Assembly: GCA_965153355.1 (NCBI GenBank)
Contig: OZ231126.1
Span: 23,498,001 to 23,562,000, forward strand
Length of the DNA: 64,000 bases
Reading direction: 5' to 3'
From: Flaccisagitta enflata
Lineage: Eukaryota
Shown here: piece after piece, positions 1 through 12,500 of the stretch
How the letters are laid out: every line of letters starts with the position of its first letter
Numbering within the stretch: the stretch's first letter is position 1
The notes under the pieces: model-generated
What the model was told of the DNA's origin: nothing
Databases searched by the model: none
Seen by the model: the letters and a program-made list of their open reading frames with translations, nothing else
Position numbers and translations under genes: made by a program

Positions 1-176
1 AAGAGAATGACAAAAATGGGTCTACGTTTACAAGAGGACCACACTTAAAAAACTAGGGAATGTCTTTTGCTTTTGACGCTACTTGCTCCTACCGTCTATA
101 ATTTGACTCTCATTCTCGTTCATCTGCATCTCTCGCGCATCGAAATATTGATTTGATTGTTGATATAGGGTTAGGG

Positions 177-287
177 CAGCGATGTATGGCAAGGGACTTC
201 AGGGACATCACGTGACGTCCCTGCTGTCGGGCTTGAAAGTTTGTCGGGCTTGAAATTGTATAGTGAACAAATTTTGAAGGAAGGGGA

Positions 288-380
<93 letters not shown>

Positions 381-796
381 AAGAGAGAGAGTGGCAGACA
401 GACAGACAAACAAACAGACAGACTGACAGATACACACAACAGAAAAACTTTATTGAATCAAATCCTATGGGGGAAATAATAAATTAGTTTGCAAAACGAA
501 ATGAGGCAAGGGCTTGATTGATATGTGATGAAGATTAGCATGCTTTGCCCCCACCTTCTATTCAGTTTTTCTAGATACTTTTTTTGCACAATACACTAAA
601 TTGTATGAATCAATTGAAAACAGATCTAAATGATAAAGAAATAACCTACTCGTTTGTTTGTCACGTTTTGTCTAGTATTGGCTTAGAAAGCATAGAAATC
701 ATAGCAAATCAGTTAAAAGGCTGTCTTGCTTAGATTGGCTGTCGTGCTTAGAATTGGCATTGAAGTCCCTAGGCTCCAAGCTGCCATACATCGCTG
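177..796 (+). mobile_element. hAT-type MITE family A, copy 1
   Basis: 15-bp TIR CAGCGATGTATGGCA/TGCCATACATCGCTG; 8-bp TSD GGTTAGGG (169-176, 797-804); internal (GA)n; near-identical inverted copy at 46868-47488. Confidence 0.92.
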
Positions 797-1075
797 GGTT
801 AGGGATTGGTTGGGGGTAGGGTTGGGTTTGGTAGGGTTGGGTTTAGGGCTAGGGTTGGGTTTAGGGTTAGGGGTCGGGTTGGATTTAGGGAAAGAGGTAG
901 GGTTGGGTTTAGGGGTAAGAGGGGTTTAGGGGTAGGGGGGTTGTGGGGGGGATTAGGGGTAGGGGAAGGTGGGGAGTTAGGGGTAGGGTTGGGTTTAGGG
1001 TAGGGTTGGGTTTTGGGTTAGGTTTAGGGGTAGGGTTGGATTTAGGGGGTGGGGGGGGTTAGGGTAGGGGTGGGA
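797..1075 (+). repeat. Degenerate telomere-like (GGGTTA/GGGTAG/GGGTTT)n tract
   Basis: Runs of GGG separated by TTA/TAG/TTT, lying inside the 18-1187 element. Confidence 0.8.
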
Positions 1076-1187
1076 ATGGTTGAATTTGTGGATTTTATTT
1101 CAGATATGTACCAGTGCACACTGTTTGGCGAAAAAGACTCGGTTACAGACACTAAAAAAAGTGTGGTCCTCTTGTAAACCTTTGCTC

Positions 1188-2163
1188 AAAAATGTTTACT
1201 TTTTGATTTCGAAATTCTGAAGGAGAAAAGTATGAGATGAAAAGAAATAGAAGAGAAATACAGAGATGGAAATAAAGGTGGGCATTTCTTGATTCCTTCA
1301 AATAAGCATTTAAAAGAATTACTTTGACTATCTTTTCTACTGTGACAAAATTACTTCCAATTCCACTGAAGCTCGAATTGCAAAAGACACTAGTTATTTT
1401 TCATTCCACTGAAGCACTAGGGTGTGCTTCAGTGGAAATAATTTCAACGCAAGCACGAATTTTGTAATTAAGAGGATGCCCCGAAAATGGTCTATTTATT
1501 GAATCACGATTTCCGGGCCGGAAATTAGGCCAGTCAAAGCCCATTCCACTGAAGCACGACCTCGTTCTTCAGTGGAATTGGAATTCGTGCTTTAGTGGAT
1601 TAACTCTTGACATCTTTTAATACTGCAATTGACCTCTTTTTATGCTGCAATGAAATAAGAAGTCACTAAGGTATTTTTTGATTGGTTGCAAATATGTCAG
1701 TGGAATAAGAAAATTGTTTAATTCTTATTTCAAATTTTCTGTTTCTTTTATCAATGAATAATTCCCTATACTCATTTTTCTCCTATCAATTTTGGTTTTA
1801 AAGGAAAATAAATTTTTTCACATACCATTGTTTCTTATCTAAATAATGAAAACTTAGCAAATTTAAAAAAATGTTTTCTTTTTAATTTCGAAATTCTCAA
1901 GGAGAAAAGAATGAGATGAAAAGAAATAGAAGAGAAATACAGAGATGGAAATAAAGGTGGGCATTTCTTGATTCCTTCAAATAAGCATTTAAAAGAATTA
2001 CTTTGACTATCTTTTCTACTGTGACAAAATTACTTCCAATTCCAGCTCGAATTGCAAAGGACACTAGTTATTTTTCATTCCACTAAAGCACTAGGGTGTG
2101 CTTCAGTGGAAATAATTTTAACTCAAGCACGAATTTCGTGATTAAGAGGATGCCCCAAGAAAA
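1188..2163. repeat. ~679-bp imperfectly palindromic unit with partial tandem duplication
   Basis: 1188-1486 recurs at ~1866-2163 (offset 679). Internal hairpin TTCCACTGAAGCAC-TAGGGT-GTGCTTCAGTGGAA at ~1404-1437; central palindrome TTCCGG-G-CCGGAA at 1511-1523. Confidence 0.8.
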
Positions 2164-3139
2164 TAACTCCCGTAACATGAAGAACAATGTTGCATGCGTG
2201 TGGGCAGGAGCAGTAACGTGGAAGGCCAGACAAGCATGTTGGCAGAAGCTAGAGGGTGCGACGAGTAATCAGCGTTCAATTCAATCCCTAAAGAATTTAA
2301 AGTCGCGTAGCACGGGACATGAAAGCGGCCTAGTATCGAGGTTTTGGTTTTAACTAGCATTCATACTTATACTTCATAGTTACAGTTATAGACCAGAGAT
2401 AAGATGGTCGATGGGACCTCCATTTTAACGGTACAACGTCATCAAATAGTTTATTTGAGATGGAGATAGGATATTAATGCGGCAAGCGAAGGAAGTGATA
2501 ATGAGCGCATTTTTCTTCTGAGTTCTGACCCTTAGACCTACGAACCTGCAACATACAGACTCCGATGGCGTAGGTTTACATTTTGAAGTGAATGTTTTTT
2601 GACAACAGTTGGTCATTTTTTTCTAATCCACTTTTCAGATCAACTGAAGAAATCGCGCTGCGTCAATCCTACACGGCTGGAGAATAACCTACGAACTTAT
2701 GAAGGGTCGCCACATGTCAAAAGACATTGTCATCTTCATGCAATCAAATACATCGTGGTCAACATAACACTTCCGGCTTCTATGCAACAACGCCGCTTGG
2801 ATAACGTCTCAAATGTCTCAAACGTCTCCAACGCTTCAAAGCACAGTTTGACCATCGTTTGATTGAGAAAGAATAAACAAAACAATCTGAGCGATCCGAT
2901 GAGTGAAAAAGAAAAAAAAACAAAAAAAAACAAAAAAAAACACGCGCGATAAAATGTACCTGCGCGGCAGACCCAGCAGTACTCCTCTCCTCCTTCCGTC
3001 ACATTCGTAGAAAACGAAACTCTCAGACGTCGCCGAGACAAAATTGACATCGTATTCTTACTCGGTCTTACTCGGTCGAAAACGCTTCTTATCTACAAAG
3101 AATTCTTCCATCGTGTCAAAAAGCTATCGCTTTGCCCGA

Positions 3140-3392
<253 letters not shown>

Positions 3393-5578
3393 AAAAGAAT
3401 TGGAAGGAGAGATGAGGTGGCTGAGACATGGCAAGTTGTTTTTCCAAAGCCGGATTACAATGGCTAACTCTGATATGACTAGATCTAACATTATCCATTT
3501 GTCTATCCGTCATCCATTACACCATATTCGCTAAAATGTGTTTTCCCATTATTACATGAGTCGATTCTTGGAGTAATCGTTGCGTTTGCACTTCGGTTCA
3601 CTCTTTCTATTATAATCTTTGCAGAGCATTAGTTTTTTTTTCTTGAAGGATAAGCGTCTGAAAGCTTTTTAGCTGAAGACTAGTGACTCTTTAACTTCAA
3701 GAAGTTTAAGATGCTTCCACCGTCCGTTCGTCCGTCTGTCTGTCTGCTCCTTGGTCCAGCAGTCGTCCAGCCATCGATCTATCTGTCGGTCCATCACACG
3801 TAGATCGGAGTGTGTACCATAACAGGTCAAAAATATAAGCCAGTGCCTAGAGATGACAGCTATAGCATAAAAATGTTCTTAAGTATGTGTAGATTACACC
3901 TATATGGGTTTTTTTTTAATAGGTCCTACAAATTTAGGAGCAGGCTTACCAAATTTTACACATGGGGTATTCAATTAATCCTGAACCTTTGCTGAAGATT
4001 TGGCATCCTCCCTCTTATCATAAGTACCATTTTTCATTTCTAGAATAGTACCATATGAAATGGAAAAAAACATTTTTTGCCGCATTTTAATTTGAGAGAA
4101 GTAGTTAATTTCAAGGCAAAAAGAGGCTATGGATTGGCTATGACGCAGGTAAAACCATATGTTTTCTTGCTCAGGATAAGCAACTGTACTAGTTTCAGCC
4201 GTTTATTTAGGTCAAAAGTGCCAGCATAATTTTTTTTGTCTTGAGGTGACGTCCTCTGGGAACATAGTGCATCAGTCCGTCCATAAAGCACGAGTGAAAA
4301 AGTCTAGCAACGGGCGGAGGGAGTACTATCTTGCTCAAAATAAGAGTCCGGCATGTTTTCTTAAATTGGGGCTAAATTATCAAGCAAAACATATAGAATT
4401 GGTGACCGTTACAAAGCCTTGCAAAATGTGACAAAATGGCACCAAGCAGAGCTCTGTAGCTCAATTTGTTTAGACTTTACAGCAGAAAATATAAAATAAT
4501 TCACTTTAATCTATGAGGTAAAAATCTTTTTTTTTGTAATTTAAGTATTATCATAGGTGTATATCCTGTACATATCAATCATAGAAGGTCAGAAAAATCG
4601 GTGACCAATGTAAAGAGCTACAAAGGAACTTTCATTTGCCACCAAGCAGAGCTCATTTGTTCAAATCGTTAAAATTTTATAACAAAATTAGTGAAAAGTT
4701 TGCCCTAAAATCAGAAAGGCAAAAACAGATACAAAGAAGTTGTGAAACATGTCACACGCAAATCAATAGTAGGGTTACAAGAGACCATAACAGTCACTAT
4801 ACAAGTAAAATTTACTGCCAAAACATGCTAAAATAAACTATTATCACAAAAGAATAGGTTTCAGCAATGAATATTTAAGAATGAATCACTAATTTCTATC
4901 CGAGGACTAGTATAATGTTAGGTTGTACTACCCTGTCCGCCCGTCCGTGACGATGTTGTAACCCCGAGTAAATCGTTCTTTTTTCAATCGGAGAAAAAGT
5001 TCACAGGACGTCCCTGATCCCGAAGTAAACGCTCAGCCAGAGAAAAAGAAAGAGAAAGAGAGAGAGAGAAAAAAAAGTTTTACAATTATGCGTGAGCGTG
5101 TAGCATCGAGAAAAACTAATGGGAATAGTGAGATAACCATATACAAGGCAGATACATCTTCTTTAAGTTCTCATGAACCAACGGGCTATGAAGAGGAGGA
5201 GAGAGAGAGAGGAGGGAGGCCATTGAGGGCATTGCCCGGACCATCATTAACGGCGCGATGATGATAATGACGATGATGATGCATTGGGTGCTTGATTAGC
5301 CACATTAGAACGTATGACGAGTTGGGATGCGAGTCTGAACGATTGGGATGGCTGCGAGGGTAGGGAGTGTTGCATCTGTTGTTTAGTATTTCACATATCA
5401 ATGTGGAGTGTGGGTAAGAATGGGGATGGGGAAGAGGATTGATGATGATAGCGGGTGGGCTTTAAAAAGTGGCTCCATTGTCTCCTCTTGTTTGAAGTAT
5501 GTAGCTGAATTGCACATGGAAGTTTTTTTCATTGTTATTACCATTTTTTGACTTAAATAAACAAAAAAAATGTTTAAA

Positions 5579-5798
<220 letters not shown>

Positions 5799-5937
5799 AT
5801 GATTGCATCAAACCAAATTCTGTTTGCATAAAGTAGTCATATAGAGGTTGAATGTTGAAAAAGAATACAAAAGGCTGAAGTCCTTACATCAAGCTATTTA
5901 AGGGAAGAATTTGTAAAAATGTTTTAACAGTAATCAG

Positions 5938-6363
5938 AATAGTCGCAAAAGCGTTAGATGGTACCTGTGCCCTGCTTAAGTAGGTTGTGGTTGAAGCTGA
6001 GGGGGGAGTAGCGGCTCCGGCTGATGACTGTATGGGGAATTTTTTCCTCCTTCTCCTCCGCACCCTCCCCAGCCTCCAGGCCCATTTCTCAGCCTGGAGG
6101 CCCATATCCCAGCCTCGAGGCCCAGATTCCAGTCTTGAGGCCCAAATCCCTGGAGAGTGGAATCTGGGCCTTGGGATTTGGGCCTGAGGTGGGATTTGGG
6201 CCTCAAGACTGGAATTTGGGCCTCAGGTTGGGATATGGGCCTCCAGGTTGAGAAATGGGCCTGGAGGCTGGGGGAGGGGGGGTATGGGAGGAGCATGAGA
6301 AGGAGGAGAAAATTCTCCATGTGTGAAAGATAGGTCATCGACTTTCCGGGCCGCTGCCCAAAA
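5938..6363 (-). mobile_element. HINE-like family D, diverged copy
   Basis: Begins AATAGTCGCAAAAGCGTTAGATGGT and ends GGCCGCTGCCCAAAA, as do the copies at 42629 and 48907; contains GGCTGGGATTTGGGCCT-type minisatellite units. Confidence 0.75.
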
Positions 6364-6530
6364 GATATTTGACTGGAAGTATCAATATAGGGAGAAAATT
6401 CTGTCCTTACATCACGAAGAAAATTTCCAAACATACTCAGTTAAGGAAGAAAAATGCAAATGGTGGTGTGGGATGTTACATATCCATAATCACGGGTAAG
6501 AAATTGCCTATGATGTATATTTTTTGCTTG

Positions 6531-9500
6531 AGGGGCTGAGAACGAATGGGCGGGGCTCCCGCCCGTTCGGAGTGGCTGAGAACGAATGGGCGGGGCTCCC
6601 GCCCGTTCGGAGTGGCTGAGAACGAATGGGCGGGGCTCCCGCCCGTTCGGAGTGGCTGAGAACGAATGGGCGGGGCTCCCGCCCGTTCGGGGTGGCTGAG
6701 AATCCACGGGCGGGGCCTCGCCGTTCGGAGGAGCGGGAGAACGAATGGGCGGGGGCTCCTGGCCCGCTCAGAGTGGCTGAGAACGAATGGGCGGGGCTCC
6801 CTACCGCTCGGAGTGGCTGAGAACGAATGGGCGGGGGTCTCGCCTGCCCGGAGTGGCTGAGAACGCACGGGGCGGGGGCTCGCCCGCTTGGAGTGGCTGA
6901 GAACGACTGGGCGCTACTCCCGCCCGTTGGGAGTGGCTGAGAACAAACGGGCGGGGCTCCTGCCCGCTTTTGCGAGTGCTGAGAACGACGGCGGCTCCCC
7001 GCCCATCTCGCCGAGTGGCTGAGAACGAATGGGCGGGGCTCCCGCCCGTTCGGAGTGGCTGAGAACGAATGGGCGGGGCTCCCGCCCGTTCGGAGTGGCT
7101 GAGAACGAATGGGCGGGCCTCCCGCCCGTTCGGAGTGCATGAGAACGAATGGTGGGGCCCTGCCCGCTCGGGAGGGCTGAGAACGAATGGCTGGCCTCAC
7201 TGTCCCGGAGTGGCTGAGAACGCAATGGGCGGCCCGCCCGTTCGGAGGGCGAGGAACAAATGGAAGGGGCTCCCTTCCGTCTCGGAGTGGCTGAGAACGA
7301 ATGGGCGGGGCTCCCGCCCGTTCGGAGTGGCTGAGAACGAATGGGCGGGGCTCCCGCCCGTTCGGAGTGGCTGAGAACGAATGGGCGGGGCTCCCGCCCG
7401 TTCGGAGTGGCTGAGAACGAATGGGCGGGGCTCCCGCCCGTTCGGAGTGGCTGAGAACGAATGGGCGGGGCTCCCGCCCGTTCGGAGTGGCTGAGAACGA
7501 ATGGGCGGGGCTCCCGCCCGTTCGGAGTGGCTGAGAACGAATGGGCGGGGCTCCCGCCCGTTCGGAGTGGCTGAGAACGAATGGGCGGGGCTCCCGCCCG
7601 TTCGGAGTGGCTGAGAACGAATGGGCGGGGCTCCCGCCCGTTCGGAGTGGCTGAGAACGAATGGGCGGGCCTCCCGCCCGTTCGGAGTGGCTGAGAACGA
7701 ATGGGCGGGGCTCCCGCCCGTTCGGAGTGGCTGAGAACGAATGCATGGGCTCCCGCCTGTTCGGAGTGGCTGAGAACGCACGTGGCGGGGCTCCCGCCAT
7801 CTCGGAAAGGCTGAGAATGACATGGGGCCTCACTCGCGCTCGAAAGGCTGAGAAACGAATGGCGCTCCCGCTTGTTGGGGAGGGCTGAGAACGAATGGGC
7901 GAAGCTCCGCCCGTTCGGAGTGGCTGAGAACGAATGGGCGGCTCCCGCCCGCTCGGAGAGGCTGAGATCGAATGGGCGGGGCTCCCGCCCGTTCGGAGTG
8001 GCTGAGAACGAATGGGCGGGGCTCCCGCCCGTTCGGAGTGGCTGAGAACGAATGGGCGGGGCTCCCGCCCGTTCGGAGTGGCTGAGAACGAATGGGCGCG
8101 GCTCCCGCCCGCTCGAGTGGCTGAGAATCCAATGGGTGGCCCTACCGCTCGGGAGGGGCAGAGAACGAATGGGCGGGGCTCCCGCCCGTTCGGAGTGGCT
8201 GAGAACGAATGGGCGGGGCTCCCGCCCGTTCGGAGTGGCTGAGAACGAATGGCCGGGGCTCCCGCTCGTTCAGAGTGGCTGAGAACGAATGGGCTGGGGC
8301 TCCCGCCTGCCGTTCGGAGTGGCTGAGAACGAATGGGCGGGCTCCCCGCCTGCTCGGGAGTGGCTGAGACCCACGGCGGCTCTACTGCCGAGTGGCTGAG
8401 AACAAATGGGCGGGCATCCCGCCCGTTCGGAGTGGCTGAGAACGAACGGGGGGGGGTCCCACTCGCTCGGAGTGGCTGAGAACGAATGGGCGGACCTCCC
8501 GCCCGTTCGGAGTGGCTGAGAACCTACGAGCGGGCCTCCCGCCCGTTCGGAGTGGCTGAGAACGGCCGGGCGGCTCACTGCCCGGGGAGGTGGCTGAGAA
8601 TGACTGCTGGCCTCTCCCGCCCGCTCGGAGTGGCTGAGAACGAATGGGAAGTGGCTCCCGCCCGTTCCGAGTGGCTGAGAACGAATGGGCGGGGCTCCCG
8701 CCCGTTCGGAGTGGCTGAGAACGAATGGGCGGGGCTCCCGCCCGTTCGGAGTGGCTGAGAACGAATGGGCGGGGCTCCCGCCCGTTCGGAGTGGCTGAGA
8801 ACGAATGGGCGGGGCTCCCGCCCGTTCGGAGTGGCTGAGAACGAATGGGCGGGCCTCCCGCCCGTCTCGGAGTGGGCTGAGAACGCAATGGGCGGGGCTC
8901 CCCACCGCTCGGAGTGGCTGAGAACGAATGGGCGGGGCTCCTGCCCGTTCGGAGTGGCTGAGAACGAATGGGCTGGGCTCCCGCCCTGCTCGGGAGTGGC
9001 TGAGAATCCACGGGCGGCTCTCCGCCTGCTCGGAGTGGCTGAGAACGAATGGGCCTGGCTCCCGCCCGTTCGGAGTGGCTGAGAACGAACGGGTGGGCCT
9101 CCCGCCCGCTCGGAGGGGAAGAGAATGAATGGGCGGGCCTCCCGCCCATTCGAGGAGTTGAGAACGAATGTGGGCGGCTCCCGCCATTCGGAGGGCAGGA
9201 GAAATCCACTGGGCTAGGCTCCTGCCCGTCGGGAGTGGAGAACGAATGGGCGGCTCCCGCCCCACCGGAGTGGCTGAGAACGAATGGGCGGGGCTCCCGC
9301 CCGTTCGGAGTGGCTGAGAACAAATGGGCGGGGCTCTCGTCCGTTCGGAGTGGGCGAGAACGGCACGGGGCGGGGCTCACTCACCGGGAGAGTGGCCGTG
9401 AACAAATGGGCGGGGCTCCCGCCCGTTCGGAGTGGCTGAGAACGAATGGGCGGGGCTCCCGCCTGCTCGGAGTGGCTGAGAACGCGTGGGCGGGCTCCCG

Positions 9501-12500
9501 CCCGTTCGGAGTGGCTGAGAACGATAGGCGGGGCCTCGCCCGCTGAGTAGCTGAGAACGAATGGGCGGCTCCCGCCCGCTCGAAAGGCTGGAGAACGAGC
9601 CGTGGGCGAGCTCCCGCCCGGCCCGAAGGCTGGGCGGAGAACGACGGGCGGGGCTCCCGCCGGCTCGAGGGTTGAGAACGAATGGGGCGGGCTCCCGCCC
9701 GTCTGGAGTGGCTGAGAACGAATGGGCGGGGCTCCCGCCCGTTCGGAGTGGCTGAGAACGAATGGGCGGGGCTCCCGCCCGTTCGGAGTGGCTGAGAACG
9801 AATGGGCGGGGCTCCCGCCCGTTCGGAGTGGCTGAGAACGAATGGGCGGGGCTCCCGCCCGTTCGGAGTGGCTGAGAACGAATGGGCGGGGCTCCGCCCG
9901 GCTCGGGAGTGGCTGAGAACGAATGACAGGGGCTCTCCCGCCTGCTCCGGAGGGCCGAATCCACTGGCGGGCTCTCCGCCTGCCTGGGAGTGGCTACACG
10001 AATGGCGGCTCCCACCCGTTCGGGAGGGGCTGAGAACGAATGGGCGGGGCTCCCGCCCGTTCGGAGTGGCTGAGAACGAATGGGCGGGGCTCCCGCCCGT
10101 TCGGAGTGGCTGAGAACGAATGGGCGGGGCTCCCGCCCGTTCGGAGTGGCTGAGAACGAATGGGCGGGGCTCCCGCCCGCTCGGAGTGGCTGAGAACGAA
10201 TGGGCGGGCTCCCCGCCGCTCGGAGGGCTGAGAACGAATGGTCAGCCCCGCCCGCCGGAGTGGCTGAGAACGACCGGCGGGCCTCGCCCGTCTTCGGGAG
10301 TGGTTGAGAACGAATGTGGGCGTGGGGCTCCCGCCTGCTCGGGAGGGCTGAGACCACTGGGCGGGCCTCCGCCCGCTCGGAGTGGCTGGAGAACGACGGT
10401 GGGGCTCCCGCCCGCTTCCTCGGGAGTGGCTGAGAACGAATTGGCGAAGCTCCCGCCTGCCCGGGAGGGCTGAGAACGAATGGGCGGGGCTCCCGCCCGT
10501 TCGGAGTGGCTGAGAACGAATGGGCGGGCCTCCCGCCTGCTCGGGAGTGGCTGAGAACAAATGGGTGGGCTCCCCGGCCCGTTCGGGAGGGCTGAGAACG
10601 AATGGTGAGGCCTCCGCCCGTTCGGAGTGGCTGAGAACACTGCTTGGCCGAGTGGCGGTCGGGCGGGGCCTCACCCGTCTCGGAGTGGCTGAGAACGAAC
10701 GGCGGGGCTCCCGCCCGCTCGGGAGTGGCTGAGAACAAATGGGCTGGCTCCCGCCTCGGGAGTGGCTGAGAACGAAATGGGCGGGGCTCCTACTGCTCGG
10801 AGTGGCTGAGAACGAATGGACGCAGCTCCCGCCGTTCGGAGTGGCTGAGAACGAATGGGCGGGCTCCCGCCTGCTCGGAGTGGCTGAGAACGAATGAACG
10901 GCGCCAGCCCGTTCGGAGTGGCTGAGAACGAATGGGCGGCTCCCTTCCGCTGGGAGTGGCTGAGACCACTGCTGGGGCTCCTGCCCGTGGGAGTGGCTGA
11001 GAACACCAGGCGAGCCCTCCGCTGGGAGTGGCTGAGAATGGCGGGCGTGGCTCCCGCCTGTTCGGAGTGGCTGAGAACGAATGGGCGGGGCTCCCGCCCG
11101 TTCGGAGTGGCTGAGAACGAATGGGCGGGGCTCCCGCCCGTTCGGAGTGGCTGAGAACGAATGGGCGGGGCTCCCGCCCGTTCGGAGTGGCTGAGAACGA
11201 ATGGGCGGGGCTCCCGCCCGTTCGGAGTGGCTGAGAACGAATGGGCGGGCTCCCGCCCGTCGGAGTGGCTGAGAACGAATGGGCGGGGCTCCTGCCCATC
11301 CGGAGTGGCTGAGAACGAACGGCGTGGCCTCCTGCCTGCTCGGAGTGGCTGAGACGAATGGGCGGGCCTCCCGCCTGCTCGGAGTGGCTGAGAACGAATG
11401 GGCGGGCTCCCGCCCGTTCGGAGTGGCTGAGAACGAATGGGCGGGGCTCCCGCCCGTTCGGAGTGGCTGAGAACGAATGGGCGGGGCTCCCGCCCGTTCG
11501 GAGTGGCTGAGAACGAATGGGCGGGGCTCCCGCCCGTTCGGAGTGGCTGAGAACGAATGGGCGGGGCTCCCGCCCGTTCGGAGTGGCTGAGAACAAATGG
11601 GCGGGGCTCCCGCCCGTTCGGAGTGGCTGAGAACGAATGGGCGGGGCTCCCGCCCGTTCGGAGTGGCTGAGAACGAATGGGCGGGGCTCCCGCCCGTTCG
11701 GAGTGGCTGAGAACGAATGGGCGGGGCTCCCGCCCGTTCGGAGTGGCTGAGAACGAATGGGCGGGGCTCCCGCCCGTTCGGAGTGGCTGAGAACGAATGG
11801 GCGGGGCTCCCGCCCGTTCGGAGTGGCTGAGAACGAATGGGCGGGGCTCCCGCCCGCTCGGAGGGCTGAGAACGAATGGGGCCGGGCTCCCGCCGTTATT
11901 CGGGAGTGGCTGAGACGGACGGGGGCTCCGCCCCTTCGGAGTGGCTGAGAACGAATGGGCGGGGCCCCCGCCCGTTCGGGAGTGGCTGAGAATGAATGGA
12001 CGGGGCTCCCGCCCGTTCGGAGTGGCTGAGAATGAATGGCGGCTCCCGCCCGTCTGAGTGGCTGAGAATGAATGGCGTGGCCTCCTGCTCGGAGGGCTGA
12101 GAAACGAATGGGGCGAGGCTCCCGCCCGTCTCGGAGGGAAAGGAGAACGAATGGGCGGGGCCCTGCCCGTTCGGAGTGGCTGAGAACGGGCGGGCTCCGC
12201 CCGTTCGGGAGTGGCTGAGAACCGGGCTCCTGCCCGCTCGGGAGTGGTTGAGAACGAATGGGCGGGCTCCCGCCCGTCCGAGTGGCTGAGAACGAATGGG
12301 CAGGCTCGCCCGCTTGGAGTGGCTGAGAACAATGGGTGGGGCTCTTGCCCGCCCGGGAGTGGCTGAGAACGAATGGGCGGCCTCCCGCCCGTTCGGAGTG
12401 CTTGAGAACGAATGGGCGGGGCCCTACTGAGTGGCTGAGAACGAATGGGCGGGCCCGCCCGTTCGGAGTGGCTGAGAACGAATGGGCGGGGCTCCCGCCT

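Larger units (their letters stand above)
18..1187. mobile_element. Non-autonomous TIR element carrying a telomere-like G-rich tract; hosts hAT MITE A copy 1
   Basis: GTTTACAAGAGGACCACACTT (26-46) is the exact reverse complement of 1159-1179. The element is flanked by a direct repeat AAAAAT (6 bp) or CAAAAATG (8 bp), depending on where the termini are placed. Superfamily unresolved. Confidence 0.8.

Noticed and set aside
797..1075. True telomere or chromosome fusion site
   Set aside because: Short, degenerate, single orientation and enclosed by TIRs.
2960..3092. Minus-strand exon ending EEYCWVCRA, reminiscent of a PHD-finger start
   Set aside because: Only a CxxC match with a weak donor (GTACAT), and I found no continuing exon with the remaining ligands.
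3805..4935. ~1.1-kb AT-rich insert that may be a DNA transposon
   Set aside because: Termini are only loosely complementary and there is no TSD; boundaries cannot be supported.
6531..6620. Hammerhead ribozyme in the satellite (CTGAGAACGAA next to a stem)
   Set aside because: The core needs CUGANGA, stem II and GAAA; here there is no stem II and GAAT replaces GAAA.
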